DNA from: Candidatus Omnitrophota bacterium | Lineage (GTDB): Bacteria; Omnitrophota; Gorgyraeia; Zapsychrales; JANLHA01 | Length of the DNA stretch: 32,000 bases | Direction of reading: 5' to 3' | Assembly (NCBI GenBank): GCA_963662715.1 | Contig: OY759724.1 | Location: 2,550,001 to 2,582,000, forward strand | Shown here: piece by piece, positions 16,796 to 25,489 of the stretch | Layout: each line of letters opens with the position of its first letter | Numbering within the stretch: position 1 is the stretch's first letter | Made by a program: the position numbers and the translations under genes | The notes under the pieces: generated by a model | What the model was told of the DNA's origin: nothing | The model's input: the letters and a program-made list of their open reading frames with translations, nothing else | Databases searched by the model: none

Positions 16796-17163
16796 AAGAA
16801 ACATCTCCGCCATCTAATATCTGTGCAGGCTATTCCAGGCGCCCCACTTAATTCTGCCGGAATTATCCCGGGACTGTCGTGATCAGGGTGTTGTTCTTAA
16901 ACATGAACGAGCGCTATGAGCGGATGTATCTTTTTGTCGTTAAAAGGGAGCGGGCCTTTTACACCTTTTGCCTTGAGAATATGCCTCTGGAGTATTACAA
17001 TGTATGCCATATTATTCGCTGATATTTGTCGTGAGTCCGGGGGATGTATTCCCGGGGGGAGCCGAACTATTGTATTTTTTGAGTCCGCCCCGGCTGCCGA
17101 ACGCCGGAAATCAGGGGATCAAAGAATTAAAACAAGCCATATTCAACAAAAGAAAGGGTGTTT

Positions 17164-17985
17164 ATGAAAAAGATGTTCCTGGGAATTCTTGTCCTGGTGT
17201 TGCTGTGTCCGGTGAGGCTGATGGCACAGGAACCCCGGGTTGCGGTCATTGAGGATGTTTCTGACGTTACGTCTGAGGTTTCGGAGATTGTTGTGTCCGT
17301 GTATTTTTACAAAGACGCGAAAAAGTTTACTTTCCCGGAAGTTCAGTACAGCGATAACCTGAAATACGTTGTTTTATCATCCGATCTTTTTGACGTGGCT
17401 GTCCCTGTGGACAGTATTGTCTCCCTGGAGGCCCGGGAAGGGCTTTTTGAAATGCGGTATTTGTGGAACGGCCAGGAGATTCTTAGTCAGGGAAAACCGG
17501 TGAATCAGGAAACCTTGCAAGCCAAGAGCGATTTCGGGGATTATAAAATCAAGCTGGAAAAAGTCAAACGATTAAGTTTTAAACAGCCGCCGCTTAGCGC
17601 GGAGATGCCCCGGTCTGCCCAAAAGAATTTTGCCCGGCTGACTTTTCTTGACGGCACAGAGCTTAATATTCAAGGGCTGCATGTCTATGATGAACATTAT
17701 TCGACCGATGGATACCTTGTCGGCGGCACCACGGTTTATGGCTTTAGAGACACATTCGGATTTAAGAGGGGGGAATCTGCCGCCGCTGTGAAATTTGACA
17801 CGATACAATCCATTGAATTTAAAGGCAGTGATCCGATTCAGGTCGAAGTTACGCTTAAAAACGGGAAAAAAGTTTCCGGGACTATCATGGGGGCTGCGGA
17901 TCTCTCTGGAGTTAGTGATAAAGGTTTTGTGTGTATCAACACGAAGAAGATTAAAAGTATTCAGTTCTTAAATGAAGAGCAGTAA
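17164..17985 (+). CDS. Secreted protein of unknown function
   Basis: The signal peptide is MKKMFLGILVLVLLCPVRLMAQEP. ATG 17164 is preferred over GTG 17158. The gene ends 26 nt before the next gene. I recognised no family. Confidence 0.7.
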   Translation: MKKMFLGILVLVLLCPVRLMAQEPRVAVIEDVSDVTSEVSEIVVSVYFYKDAKKFTFPEVQYSDNLKYVVLSSDLFDVAVPVDSIVSLEAREGLFEMRYLWNGQEILSQGKPVNQETLQAKSDFGDYKIKLEKVKRLSFKQPPLSAEMPRSAQKNFARLTFLDGTELNIQGLHVYDEHYSTDGYLVGGTTVYGFRDTFGFKRGESAAAVKFDTIQSIEFKGSDPIQVEVTLKNGKKVSGTIMGAADLSGVSDKGFVCINTKKIKSIQFLNEEQ

Positions 17986-18011
17986 AAGCAACAACGGAAA
18001 AAGGAGCCCCT

Positions 18012-20039
18012 ATGACCGGCATCTGTCAAAGATCAAATTTTTCTAAGATAGCAGATCTTTTCCTTATCAGTTTTATAACATTATTTTTTGAAATATTATT
18101 CATTCGCTGGGTTCCGTCCAGTATTCAAATCATTGCTTACTTCACGAATATCGTCCTTATTTCCGCCTTCCTGGGCCTGGGGATCGGCTGTCTCCTGGCC
18201 GAACATAAGTCCAAACTGATGAACCTTTTTCCGTTTTTTATGCTTGGGTATGTGACACTGGCCTTCTTATTCCATAACGTGGAGCTTAATGCCGCGTTCC
18301 TGCAGACCGAGTATTTGTTGGGGTTTTATAAGGGAAGAATCAACTTTTTGCTGGTTGTCATTATTGTTTTTATTTTCAATACGCTCCTTTTTGTCCCTCT
18401 GGGACAGAAATTAGGCCGGTGCCTGAAAGATTTTAAGCCGCTGGTTGCCTATTCCATCAATATTCTGGGCAGTATTTTGGGTATCGTTGCTTTTTCTTAC
18501 CTGTCCTACCGGATGCTGGAGCCGGTTTACTGGTTTTTGTTGGGAGGGGGCTTAACGCTGTGGTTCTACCGGTCTTCGGCAAAAATCCTGGCGGTTCAGT
18601 TTGTGTTTTTTACGGTTATTTTACTTGTTGTCCGTCCGCTGGGAGAGGGGGCGTACTGGTCGCCTTATTATAAAATTGACCTGAACCCTATTGTTTCACA
18701 AAAGTACAACAGGGTTATCGGATACCAGGTGGCCGCTAATAATATGTTTCATCAAAACGCCTTTGATTTATCGGAAGAGTCTGTGCTTAAGTCCCCGGGG
18801 CTCAGGCGTTATAAAGACGTTTATGAATTCCCCTACAAGCTTATCCACCCGCAGGATGTCTTAATCCTCGGGGCCGGTTCCGGGAACGACGCCTCTGCCG
18901 CCCTGAGAATGGGCAGTCAAGATATCTATGCGGTTGAGATCGACCCTTTTATCGGCAGTTTAGGCAAATCCCTGCATGAGGAGAAACCTTATTTGTCCAA
19001 GCGTGTTCACCTGGTGGTGGATGACGCACGGTCATTTATAAAAAGAACCGACAAACAGTTTGATCTGATCACTTTCGGCTACCTGGATTCCCACAAGGTT
19101 TTATCGCAATTTTCCAGCGTACGGCTGGACAATTTCATCTACACGAAAGAGAGCTTCCGTGATATCAAGTCCCGGCTTAAACCGGACGGGGTCTTATCGC
19201 TTACGTATTATGTGTTTAAAGAATGGGTCGCCTCCAAGCTGTATGTGGCTTTGAAAGAGGTTTTTAACGACGACCTTAAAGTTGTCCGGACGACGACCTA
19301 TGTCAAAGATGACACAGCCATATTCCTGGCCGGCCCGGGGGTGAGGAAGATCGGAAAAATTGACGCCCCTCATTTCAGAACTTATACGGGATTCGATGAA
19401 AAGGCCCGGCCTATCAGGGATGATTGGCCTTATTTATACTTGATGAAACGGGGTGTCCCGCAGCATTATCTTATCATCATTTTTGCCGTACTTGTTCTGT
19501 CTGTCCTGGGTGTGTTCTGCTTTAAAAAGCTGTCTATCAGGGATTTCAACCCGCATTTCTTTTTCCTCGGTTCAGGATTTATGCTGCTTGAGACGACCAG
19601 TATTACCAGGTTCGCGCTTTTGTTCGGCTCAACCTGGATCGTTAACTCCGCGGTTATTATATCCATATTAACGATGATTTTACTGGCGACGTTATATGTT
19701 GAGAAATCAAAAAGCATAAATATAAGATTTATCTATATATTGCTTGGAGCGGCACTCTTCCTTAACTGGCTGCTGAACCCGGAGTTTTTCTTGTCCTTTG
19801 ACCGGACCCTGGGAATCGCGGTATCGTCCTTTTTGTTGTCTCTGCCGATCCTGTTTGCCGGGATTATATTTGCCATCTCTTTCCGGGAGTCTAAAAACGT
19901 TTCCAGTGATTTCGCCTACAACTTATTGGGATCCATTGTCGGAGGCTGCTGCGAATATTTTTCGATGTTGACGGGCTTTAGATTTTTGTTCATCTTGGCG
20001 ATGGTGATGTATTATCTATCTTCCAGGGACCGTATTTGA
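18012..20039 (+). CDS. Polytopic membrane protein with a central spermidine-synthase-like (class I SAM/dcSAM-binding) domain
   Basis: AAGGAG is the RBS. About 7 N-terminal and about 6 C-terminal hydrophobic segments flank VLILGAGSGNDASAALRMGSQDIYAVEIDPFIGSLGK...VHLVVDDARSFIKRTDKQFDLITFGYLDSH, a PABS/SpeE-like fold motif. Confidence 0.75.
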   Translation: MTGICQRSNFSKIADLFLISFITLFFEILFIRWVPSSIQIIAYFTNIVLISAFLGLGIGCLLAEHKSKLMNLFPFFMLGYVTLAFLFHNVELNAAFLQTEYLLGFYKGRINFLLVVIIVFIFNTLLFVPLGQKLGRCLKDFKPLVAYSINILGSILGIVAFSYLSYRMLEPVYWFLLGGGLTLWFYRSSAKILAVQFVFFTVILLVVRPLGEGAYWSPYYKIDLNPIVSQKYNRVIGYQVAANNMFHQNAFDLSEESVLKSPGLRRYKDVYEFPYKLIHPQDVLILGAGSGNDASAALRMGSQDIYAVEIDPFIGSLGKSLHEEKPYLSKRVHLVVDDARSFIKRTDKQFDLITFGYLDSHKVLSQFSSVRLDNFIYTKESFRDIKSRLKPDGVLSLTYYVFKEWVASKLYVALKEVFNDDLKVVRTTTYVKDDTAIFLAGPGVRKIGKIDAPHFRTYTGFDEKARPIRDDWPYLYLMKRGVPQHYLIIIFAVLVLSVLGVFCFKKLSIRDFNPHFFFLGSGFMLLETTSITRFALLFGSTWIVNSAVIISILTMILLATLYVEKSKSINIRFIYILLGAALFLNWLLNPEFFLSFDRTLGIAVSSFLLSLPILFAGIIFAISFRESKNVSSDFAYNLLGSIVGGCCEYFSMLTGFRFLFILAMVMYYLSSRDRI

Positions 20040-20112
20040 CCCGGGGGGAGAAAAGCCTGTCTGCTCTTTGACTTTCGGCTGCTGTTTGAGCCGCAATCTG
20101 TCTTTTAATGAA

Positions 20113-20141
20113 TTTACATCGGTATCTGTATTCGTTATAAT
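20113..20141 (+). promoter_or_regulatory. Candidate sigma70 promoter
   Basis: TTTACA (20113-20118), 17-nt spacer, TATAAT (20136-20141), about 100 nt upstream of the lipoprotein gene. Confidence 0.5.
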
Positions 20142-20242
20142 AAAATAAAGTGATAGATGAAATCATGATGAATAACGGGAAAAAGCGCACTGTTGTTGCG
20201 TCTTAGAGCGTGTCTTGTGAGTCTTATGCGGAGATAGCGGTT

Positions 20243-20752
20243 ATGACGTCCTTCTTGAAAATCTTTCTGGTTTCCCTTCTATGTGTCTTCGGTACCGGGT
20301 GTTCCAAGCTCAAAGATCATTCTGTCTGCGAGTATCTGGAAAAACAGGCTGTTGTTGAAGCACAGTTGATTTATCTTGTTAAGGAAATGACGGGAAAAAG
20401 AGGGGGGTGGACGACTCCAGAAGGCATACAGGAAAATATGCATTGGTTTTTTAACAGATATTATGCCCTGATAGAGATACGTAAGAATTACATGAACGAA
20501 ACGGAAGAATTGATGAATGAACGCGTGCAGGATGTGCATGATTATCTGCTGAAATTGCTGGATCTTACGATTGAAACGGTAGAATACTTTAATGATCAGT
20601 CAACAGTCTGGGTTGTGACCCCGCCTTCCCGCGAAGAGCTCAATGAAAACAAGAAAAAGATGGACGGTTTTGAACTGACCTTTATGAATTATCATAAGGA
20701 AATGAAACAGGCCATCGAGAATTTACACTTCTATTCTGTCCTGTGCGATTAA
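20243..20752 (+). CDS. Lipoprotein of unknown function (predicted helical)
   Basis: MTSFLKIFLVSLLCVFGTGCSK contains the lipobox GTGC. GGAG lies 9 nt upstream of ATG 20243. The GTG 20210 extension is unlikely. Confidence 0.7.
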   Translation: MTSFLKIFLVSLLCVFGTGCSKLKDHSVCEYLEKQAVVEAQLIYLVKEMTGKRGGWTTPEGIQENMHWFFNRYYALIEIRKNYMNETEELMNERVQDVHDYLLKLLDLTIETVEYFNDQSTVWVVTPPSREELNENKKKMDGFELTFMNYHKEMKQAIENLHFYSVLCD

Positions 20753-20937
20753 GCTCGCCGGCTATTTTAAAAATCCAATAGAAAATAGGAACAGATAAAG
20801 TCAATAAGGAGTTTGTGTTCGCCCCGGGAAAAAACACGGCGCCGGTCCGGCGGCCATGCTCCTGATGCGTTTAAGGCAAATATGGCACGGTTAAACCTAG
20901 AACGATATAATGCCGTAATCATAGTGATAATAAAATC

Positions 20938-21909
20938 ATGGCCGATAAAAGAAAAGAGTCCGGCACTTCTATGAGAGAAGTAAATTATTTGCGTATTTCA
21001 GTGACGGATAGATGTAATCTGAAATGTTTTTATTGCATGCCGCAAAACGGCATTGAGCCTGTCCGGCCCTCCGATATGTTAAGCCTGGAAGATATCGAAA
21101 GACTGGCCAGAATCTTTGCGGGGCTTGGATTCAAGAAGATCCGGCTGACCGGGGGAGAGCCTCTTTTAAGAGTCGGGATCGTTGACCTGGTCAGGAGGAT
21201 CGCCCGTCTTAACGGTATCCGGGAGGTTTGCCTGACGACAAACGGGGTTCTGCTGGCGGATTATGCGGTCCCGTTAAGGCAGGCCGGTTTGACAAGCGTC
21301 AATGTCAGCCTTGATACCTTACAGGAAAAAAAGTTCAGGGCCATTACGCAGGCCGACGCTTTTAAACAGGTCATGCAGGGGCTTGCGAAAATAAAGGCGG
21401 CGGGTTTTTCTCCGGTAAAAATAAATGTCGTGGTGATGAACGGTGTTAATGATGATGAAATCCTGGACTTTCTTCACTATTCCCTGGAGAACGGTTTTAT
21501 CGTTAAGTTCATCGAACTGATGCGGATTGCCCCTTCCTGGAAAGCGGAGCGTTTTTTCCCCGTGGCCGATATTAAAGACAGGTGCCGGAGCATAGCTCCC
21601 CTGGATTTGATCGAAGGTTACAGCTCGGGGCCGGCGGAATATTATAAATTTAAAAACGGCATTATAGGATTCATCAGAACAGACGAAAATTTGTGCCGGG
21701 TCTGTTCCAGACTGAGGATGACCTCCACGGGGGAGCTGAAAGTTTGTCTTTATGAGAACGAAGGCATGTCTTTGCGGGACCTGATAAGACAGAAAACCCC
21801 CAACGGCTTTATCCGTCAGGTCATTCAGGAGAAGATCGCCCTTAAGGCATCGGTGAGTCATAAGAATTGGGAGTCTTCCCGGGTTTATATGTGTCGTGTC
21901 GGAGGGTAA
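20938..21909 (+). CDS. moaA: GTP 3',8-cyclase MoaA (radical SAM)
   Basis: YLRISVTDRCNLKCFYCMP carries the CxxxCxxC cluster. GGEPLL and the C-terminal CxxCxRLRMTSTGxLKVCL second cluster are also present. The start could instead be ATG 20971 (MREVNYLRIS). Confidence 0.92.
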   Translation: MADKRKESGTSMREVNYLRISVTDRCNLKCFYCMPQNGIEPVRPSDMLSLEDIERLARIFAGLGFKKIRLTGGEPLLRVGIVDLVRRIARLNGIREVCLTTNGVLLADYAVPLRQAGLTSVNVSLDTLQEKKFRAITQADAFKQVMQGLAKIKAAGFSPVKINVVVMNGVNDDEILDFLHYSLENGFIVKFIELMRIAPSWKAERFFPVADIKDRCRSIAPLDLIEGYSSGPAEYYKFKNGIIGFIRTDENLCRVCSRLRMTSTGELKVCLYENEGMSLRDLIRQKTPNGFIRQVIQEKIALKASVSHKNWESSRVYMCRVGG

Positions 21910-21925
21910 ACATGGAGCCGGATAA

Positions 21926-22363
21926 ATGAAAATGATTGATATTTCCGAAAAACCCGTGACAAAGAGAACGGCTTGGGTTGAGGCGACAGTGGTTCTTAAG
22001 CCTTCGGTCATACGGGCTGTTAAACAGAAGAAAATACCCAAGGGCGATGTCCTGGAAGCGGCGAGATTGGCCGGTATCCTTGCGGCCAAGAAAACATCCA
22101 TACTTTTGCCTTTATGCCATCCGGTCCCCCTGGAATACGTCGAGCTTGAATTTGTCCTTAAACGGAAAGAAATCGTTGTTAAGGCGATTGTTGAAGGCGA
22201 AGCCAAAACAGGGGTGGAAATGGAGGCCTTTACGGCGGCCTCCGTGGCTTGTCTGACCATTTATGACATGTGCAAATCCCTGGACCGGGCCGGGTGCATT
22301 TCCGGGATAAAATTATTAAAGAAAACAGGAGGCAGAAGCGGGTCTTATGAAAGAGCAGAGTAA
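21926..22363 (+). CDS. moaC: Cyclic pyranopterin monophosphate synthase MoaC
   Basis: KGDVLEAARLAGILAAKKTSILLPLCHPVPLEYVELEF...TGVEMEAFTAASVACLTIYDMCKS. GGAG lies 8 nt upstream. Confidence 0.92.
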   Translation: MKMIDISEKPVTKRTAWVEATVVLKPSVIRAVKQKKIPKGDVLEAARLAGILAAKKTSILLPLCHPVPLEYVELEFVLKRKEIVVKAIVEGEAKTGVEMEAFTAASVACLTIYDMCKSLDRAGCISGIKLLKKTGGRSGSYERAE

Positions 22364-22859
22364 GGGGGTTGTTGCGGCCGTGTCCGTTGCTGCCGAAAGG
22401 GGCATGAAAAAAAGAAATGTCCCTTTCGCGGTCTTGAAGAAAGATCATGGAATCATCGGAGACGCCCATGCCGGCGACTGGCACAGGCAGGTCAGTTTAT
22501 TGGCCATGGAGTCGGTTGAAAAGATGCGGCAGAAAGGGTTTGACGTTCATCCGGGTGATTTTGCGGAAAATATCAATGTTAAGGGCCTTGATCTTTTGCG
22601 GATCAAGGTGGGACAGAAAGTCCGGATAGGAGAGGACATCCTTCTGGAAATCAGCCAAATAGGAAAAGAATGCCACGAGCGATGCCGTATTTATTATCAG
22701 GCCGGGGATTGTATTATGCCGAGAGAAGGCTTGTTCGCAAAAGTCATAAGCGGAGGCAGGATCCGCGTCGGGGATGAAATAGAAATCCTGGAGAATCTTC
22801 CCGGAGGTATTCATGCCGGATGCCCGGAGAATGATCAGAATAAACATATCTGTTTATGA
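22347..22859 (+). CDS. MOSC domain-containing protein
   Basis: GIIGDAHAGDWHRQVSLLAMESVE...GDFAENINVKGLDL...GKECHERC...GLFAKVISGGRIRVGDEI is typical of short MOSC proteins in moa operons. The gene overlaps the moaC stop by 17 nt. Confidence 0.85.
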   Translation: MKEQSKGVVAAVSVAAERGMKKRNVPFAVLKKDHGIIGDAHAGDWHRQVSLLAMESVEKMRQKGFDVHPGDFAENINVKGLDLLRIKVGQKVRIGEDILLEISQIGKECHERCRIYYQAGDCIMPREGLFAKVISGGRIRVGDEIEILENLPGGIHAGCPENDQNKHICL

Positions 22860-23018
22860 TAAAAGAGCATGAAAAATGTTGGGGAAAAAGTTGTTGAGTG
22901 TGTTATAATTTTTCATTAAATTTCTGCTTTTTATGAAACAGGTGTTATGTCCAAGGCCCTGGACCTGAAAATCCAATAAAAGATCAAATCTTTTTACTAT
23001 ATTTTATTGTCCTTTCGG

Positions 23019-23756
23019 ATGAAGCTTATTATCAAAATATTTGTTTTTATCGAGAGCACAGTCATCCCGCTGCTGTTTTTCGGGGCGATTATGCGTCATA
23101 TCATCTTTCTCGTGTTTCATTTTCATATGTTTGTTTCCTGCCTGGCAAAGCTCGTCCAGGATTTTCACGATATTCATGTTCATATAGCCATAGCTGCATA
23201 CCTCACGACCGCGGCTTTAATGCTTTTCCATATAACCGTTTTTGCGGGGCTCATTATCCGCCGTAAAACACAAAAGGATCCGGAAAATTTTTTGGAGATT
23301 ATTGTCCCGCTGCTTTCGACATTCTTTTATCTTTTATTCGGTTTTACCCAATATTCCCCGCAGGCATTAAAGATTCTGCTTCTCCCCAAAGGATTTTTTT
23401 ACGTATCCATTCTTCTGGGCGCTTTTATCAATATGGTCGGTTTATGTATTGCCACAGCGGCGGCATACAATTTGAGATATTCCTTCAGTGTTTATGCGGA
23501 GGTAAGAGACATCGTTTCTCAAGGGCTTTACCGTTATGTGCGTCATCCGATTTATTTCGGCTACTGTCTAACGATGATCGGCCTGCTGATCATGAATGCC
23601 CGCCTGGATCACCTCATCTTGACGGTATGCGCCCTTTTGCTGAGCCTGTACCGCGCCCGTATTGAGGAAAAGAAATTATTGCTTAATTCTGAAGTTTACC
23701 GCGAATATGCCCAGAGAACGCCTTTCATCATTCCATCTTTAAAAAGAGTCTATTAA
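23019..23756 (+). CDS. ICMT/PEMT-family membrane methyltransferase (isoprenylcysteine carboxyl methyltransferase-like)
   Basis: A multi-TM protein with the C-terminal motif GLYRYVRHPIYFGYCLTMIGLLIM...RIEEKKLLLNSEVYREYAQRTP. The start is ATG 23019 or TTG 23007. An extended -10 TGtTATAAT lies at 22901-22909. Confidence 0.8.
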   Translation: MKLIIKIFVFIESTVIPLLFFGAIMRHIIFLVFHFHMFVSCLAKLVQDFHDIHVHIAIAAYLTTAALMLFHITVFAGLIIRRKTQKDPENFLEIIVPLLSTFFYLLFGFTQYSPQALKILLLPKGFFYVSILLGAFINMVGLCIATAAAYNLRYSFSVYAEVRDIVSQGLYRYVRHPIYFGYCLTMIGLLIMNARLDHLILTVCALLLSLYRARIEEKKLLLNSEVYREYAQRTPFIIPSLKRVY

Positions 23757-23869
23757 CCGGGATGACAAGCGGTGCGCCGGCCAGGAAACGAAGGAACTCC
23801 TGTCTTTTCTGCCTGACTCCTTTCGTCTCACGGGATCAGGATCAATCATCACATTGAGATATCGTCATT

Positions 23870-25270
23870 ATGAAAAATAATACATCCGGCAGTATGCGAG
23901 AAATGATCGTTATCGCTTTCCCGATGGTCGTATCGCATGCCTGCGACACGGTCATGATCTTTACCGACAGAGTGTTCTTGGCAAGACTCGGTTCGCTACA
24001 TATGACGGCGGCCATGGCCGGGGGCATGTCGTCTTTTATGCTGATGTCCTTTTTCCTGGGGCTCACCGGGTACTCAACGGCATTGGTGGCCCAGTTCTTC
24101 GGCGCCCGACAGAAGAACAAATGTGCTGTTGTAACAATTCAAAGTCTTTTAATTTCGGTATTGGCGTATCCGCTGGTTTTGCTGTGCCGCCCGCTTGTCT
24201 TATGGATTTTTCAGAATTCCGGGATAGACCCGCAGCAGGTCGCCTACCAGACCGTGTATTTTAATATCATTATTTTTTCTGTGCTTATCAGCCTGGCCCG
24301 CAGTTCTTTAAGCGGATTCTTTTGCGGTATTGGACGGACGAGAATCGTTATGATCGCGTCTATCATATCCATGGCCGCCAATATTATCCTGAACTACATT
24401 CTGATTTTCGGGAAATACGGGCTTCCGGCTCTGGGGATCCAGGGGGCGGCGATCGGGACGATCATCGGCAGCCTTATCGGCGTCCTTGTCCTGTTTGTTT
24501 CCTATCTCAGTAAAAAGTATGCGTTTGAATTTCAGACGGACAGTTCGTTTGCGTTTGATAAAGACATTATGCGTAAACTGCTGCACTTCGGCTATCCGTC
24601 AGGCATAGAATTATTCCTGAATTTTACAGCGTTCACCTGTATGATGTTTTTATTTCATGCCGAAGGCGCTGTTGCCGCAACCGCGACGACCATTATGATC
24701 AACTGGGATATGGTCTCTTTCGTGCCTCTGCTGGGCATCGAGATCGGGGTGACAAGTCTGGTCGGCCGGTATATGGGCGCCGGGCAGCCCCATATTGCCC
24801 ACCGTTCAACTTTGTCAGGTCTGAAGCTGGGAAGCATGTACTCCGCTGTTATTTTTATTTTCTTTATGTTTTTCCCCCAGCAGCTGGTCTCCTTTTTTAA
24901 ACCTGAGGATGTCAGCGTCATTTACCGGCAGGCGGTGCCTATTGCCGTATCGATGCTGCGCATAGCCTGCCTGTACGTTTTTGTGGAGACCGTTATCGTG
25001 GCGCTTGTCGGGGCCTTGAGAGGGGCAGGCGATACGTTTTGGGCCATGAGTTTGACGGTGGGCCTGCATGTATTTATTGTGATTGTTCAATTCCTTTGTT
25101 TAAGAATATACGGCATGTCTATTGAAAAAACCTGGCTGCTGCTTGTGATGTCATTCCTGGCAGGAACGTTTTTGATCGCCTGGAGATATTCTTCCGGACA
25201 ATGGAAGCGTTTAAAGGTTGTCAGTGCGACAGGTGACATTGTGCAGACAGACGGTTTTCACGAAGGATGA
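23870..25270 (+). CDS. MATE-family (MOP superfamily) transporter, second copy
   Basis: 466 aa with about 12 TM segments. MREMIVIAFPMVVSHACDTVMIFTDRVFLARLGS...ALVAQFFGARQ follows the MATE pattern. The sequence is clearly divergent from the first MATE. Confidence 0.85.
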   Translation: MKNNTSGSMREMIVIAFPMVVSHACDTVMIFTDRVFLARLGSLHMTAAMAGGMSSFMLMSFFLGLTGYSTALVAQFFGARQKNKCAVVTIQSLLISVLAYPLVLLCRPLVLWIFQNSGIDPQQVAYQTVYFNIIIFSVLISLARSSLSGFFCGIGRTRIVMIASIISMAANIILNYILIFGKYGLPALGIQGAAIGTIIGSLIGVLVLFVSYLSKKYAFEFQTDSSFAFDKDIMRKLLHFGYPSGIELFLNFTAFTCMMFLFHAEGAVAATATTIMINWDMVSFVPLLGIEIGVTSLVGRYMGAGQPHIAHRSTLSGLKLGSMYSAVIFIFFMFFPQQLVSFFKPEDVSVIYRQAVPIAVSMLRIACLYVFVETVIVALVGALRGAGDTFWAMSLTVGLHVFIVIVQFLCLRIYGMSIEKTWLLLVMSFLAGTFLIAWRYSSGQWKRLKVVSATGDIVQTDGFHEG

Positions 25271-25383
25271 ACCGTTGGTCCCCGGGGATATTTTTCCCTG
25301 AAAAAAGATAAAGGAAGGGAAGCCCCGTATTTTGTTTAAATTGCGGCTTTTTTTCCTTTTTTTTATGATTTTCCGTATTAGTA

Positions 25384-25411
25384 TTGATAGATATCATATC
25401 TATGCTATACT
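25384..25411 (+). promoter_or_regulatory. Candidate promoter with a palindrome in the spacer, upstream of the giant ORF
   Basis: TTGATA (25384-25389), 16-nt spacer, TGcTATACT (25403-25411). A perfect palindrome ATAGATAT-c-ATATCTAT lies at 25387-25403. Confidence 0.45.
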
Positions 25412-25489
25412 TAGAAAGTAGTAATCCTGTCTCCACCCTAAAAATTAATACCTATTTTCAGCTTGTTATATAGAGCAAAGGAGTGTGTT

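Noticed and set aside
16304-16813. A 169-aa minus-strand ORF. Similar antisense ORFs lie at 27581-28132, 28952-29401, 8093-8530 and 4497-5136.
   Set aside because: Each lies antisense to, or out of frame within, a gene with unambiguous family motifs (metallophosphoesterase, SuSy core, KAS, modB/modC). They are treated as spurious.
16903-17252. Small ORFs in the long intergenic spacer (39 aa from 16903, 83 aa at 16916-17167, 82 aa at 17004-17252).
   Set aside because: They have no SD and are mutually overlapping. Their composition is atypical (rich in Cys, Gly and Pro), and the last one overlaps the well-supported secreted-protein gene in another frame.
20753-20937. A possible Moco riboswitch upstream of moaA.
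   Set aside because: I looked for the conserved Moco-motif elements (a CUCCGAG-like 5' element, GCCUCC and GGAAAGG at the SD) and found none. A TATAAT box lies about 25 nt before the ATG, leaving little room for a riboswitch. A cmsearch run would settle it.
21319-22260. A 313-aa ORF on the minus strand.
   Set aside because: It lies entirely antisense to the strongly conserved moaA and moaC genes. The translation is low-complexity (rich in S, T, A and R) with no recognisable motif, RBS or promoter. It is most likely a shadow ORF of the real + strand genes.
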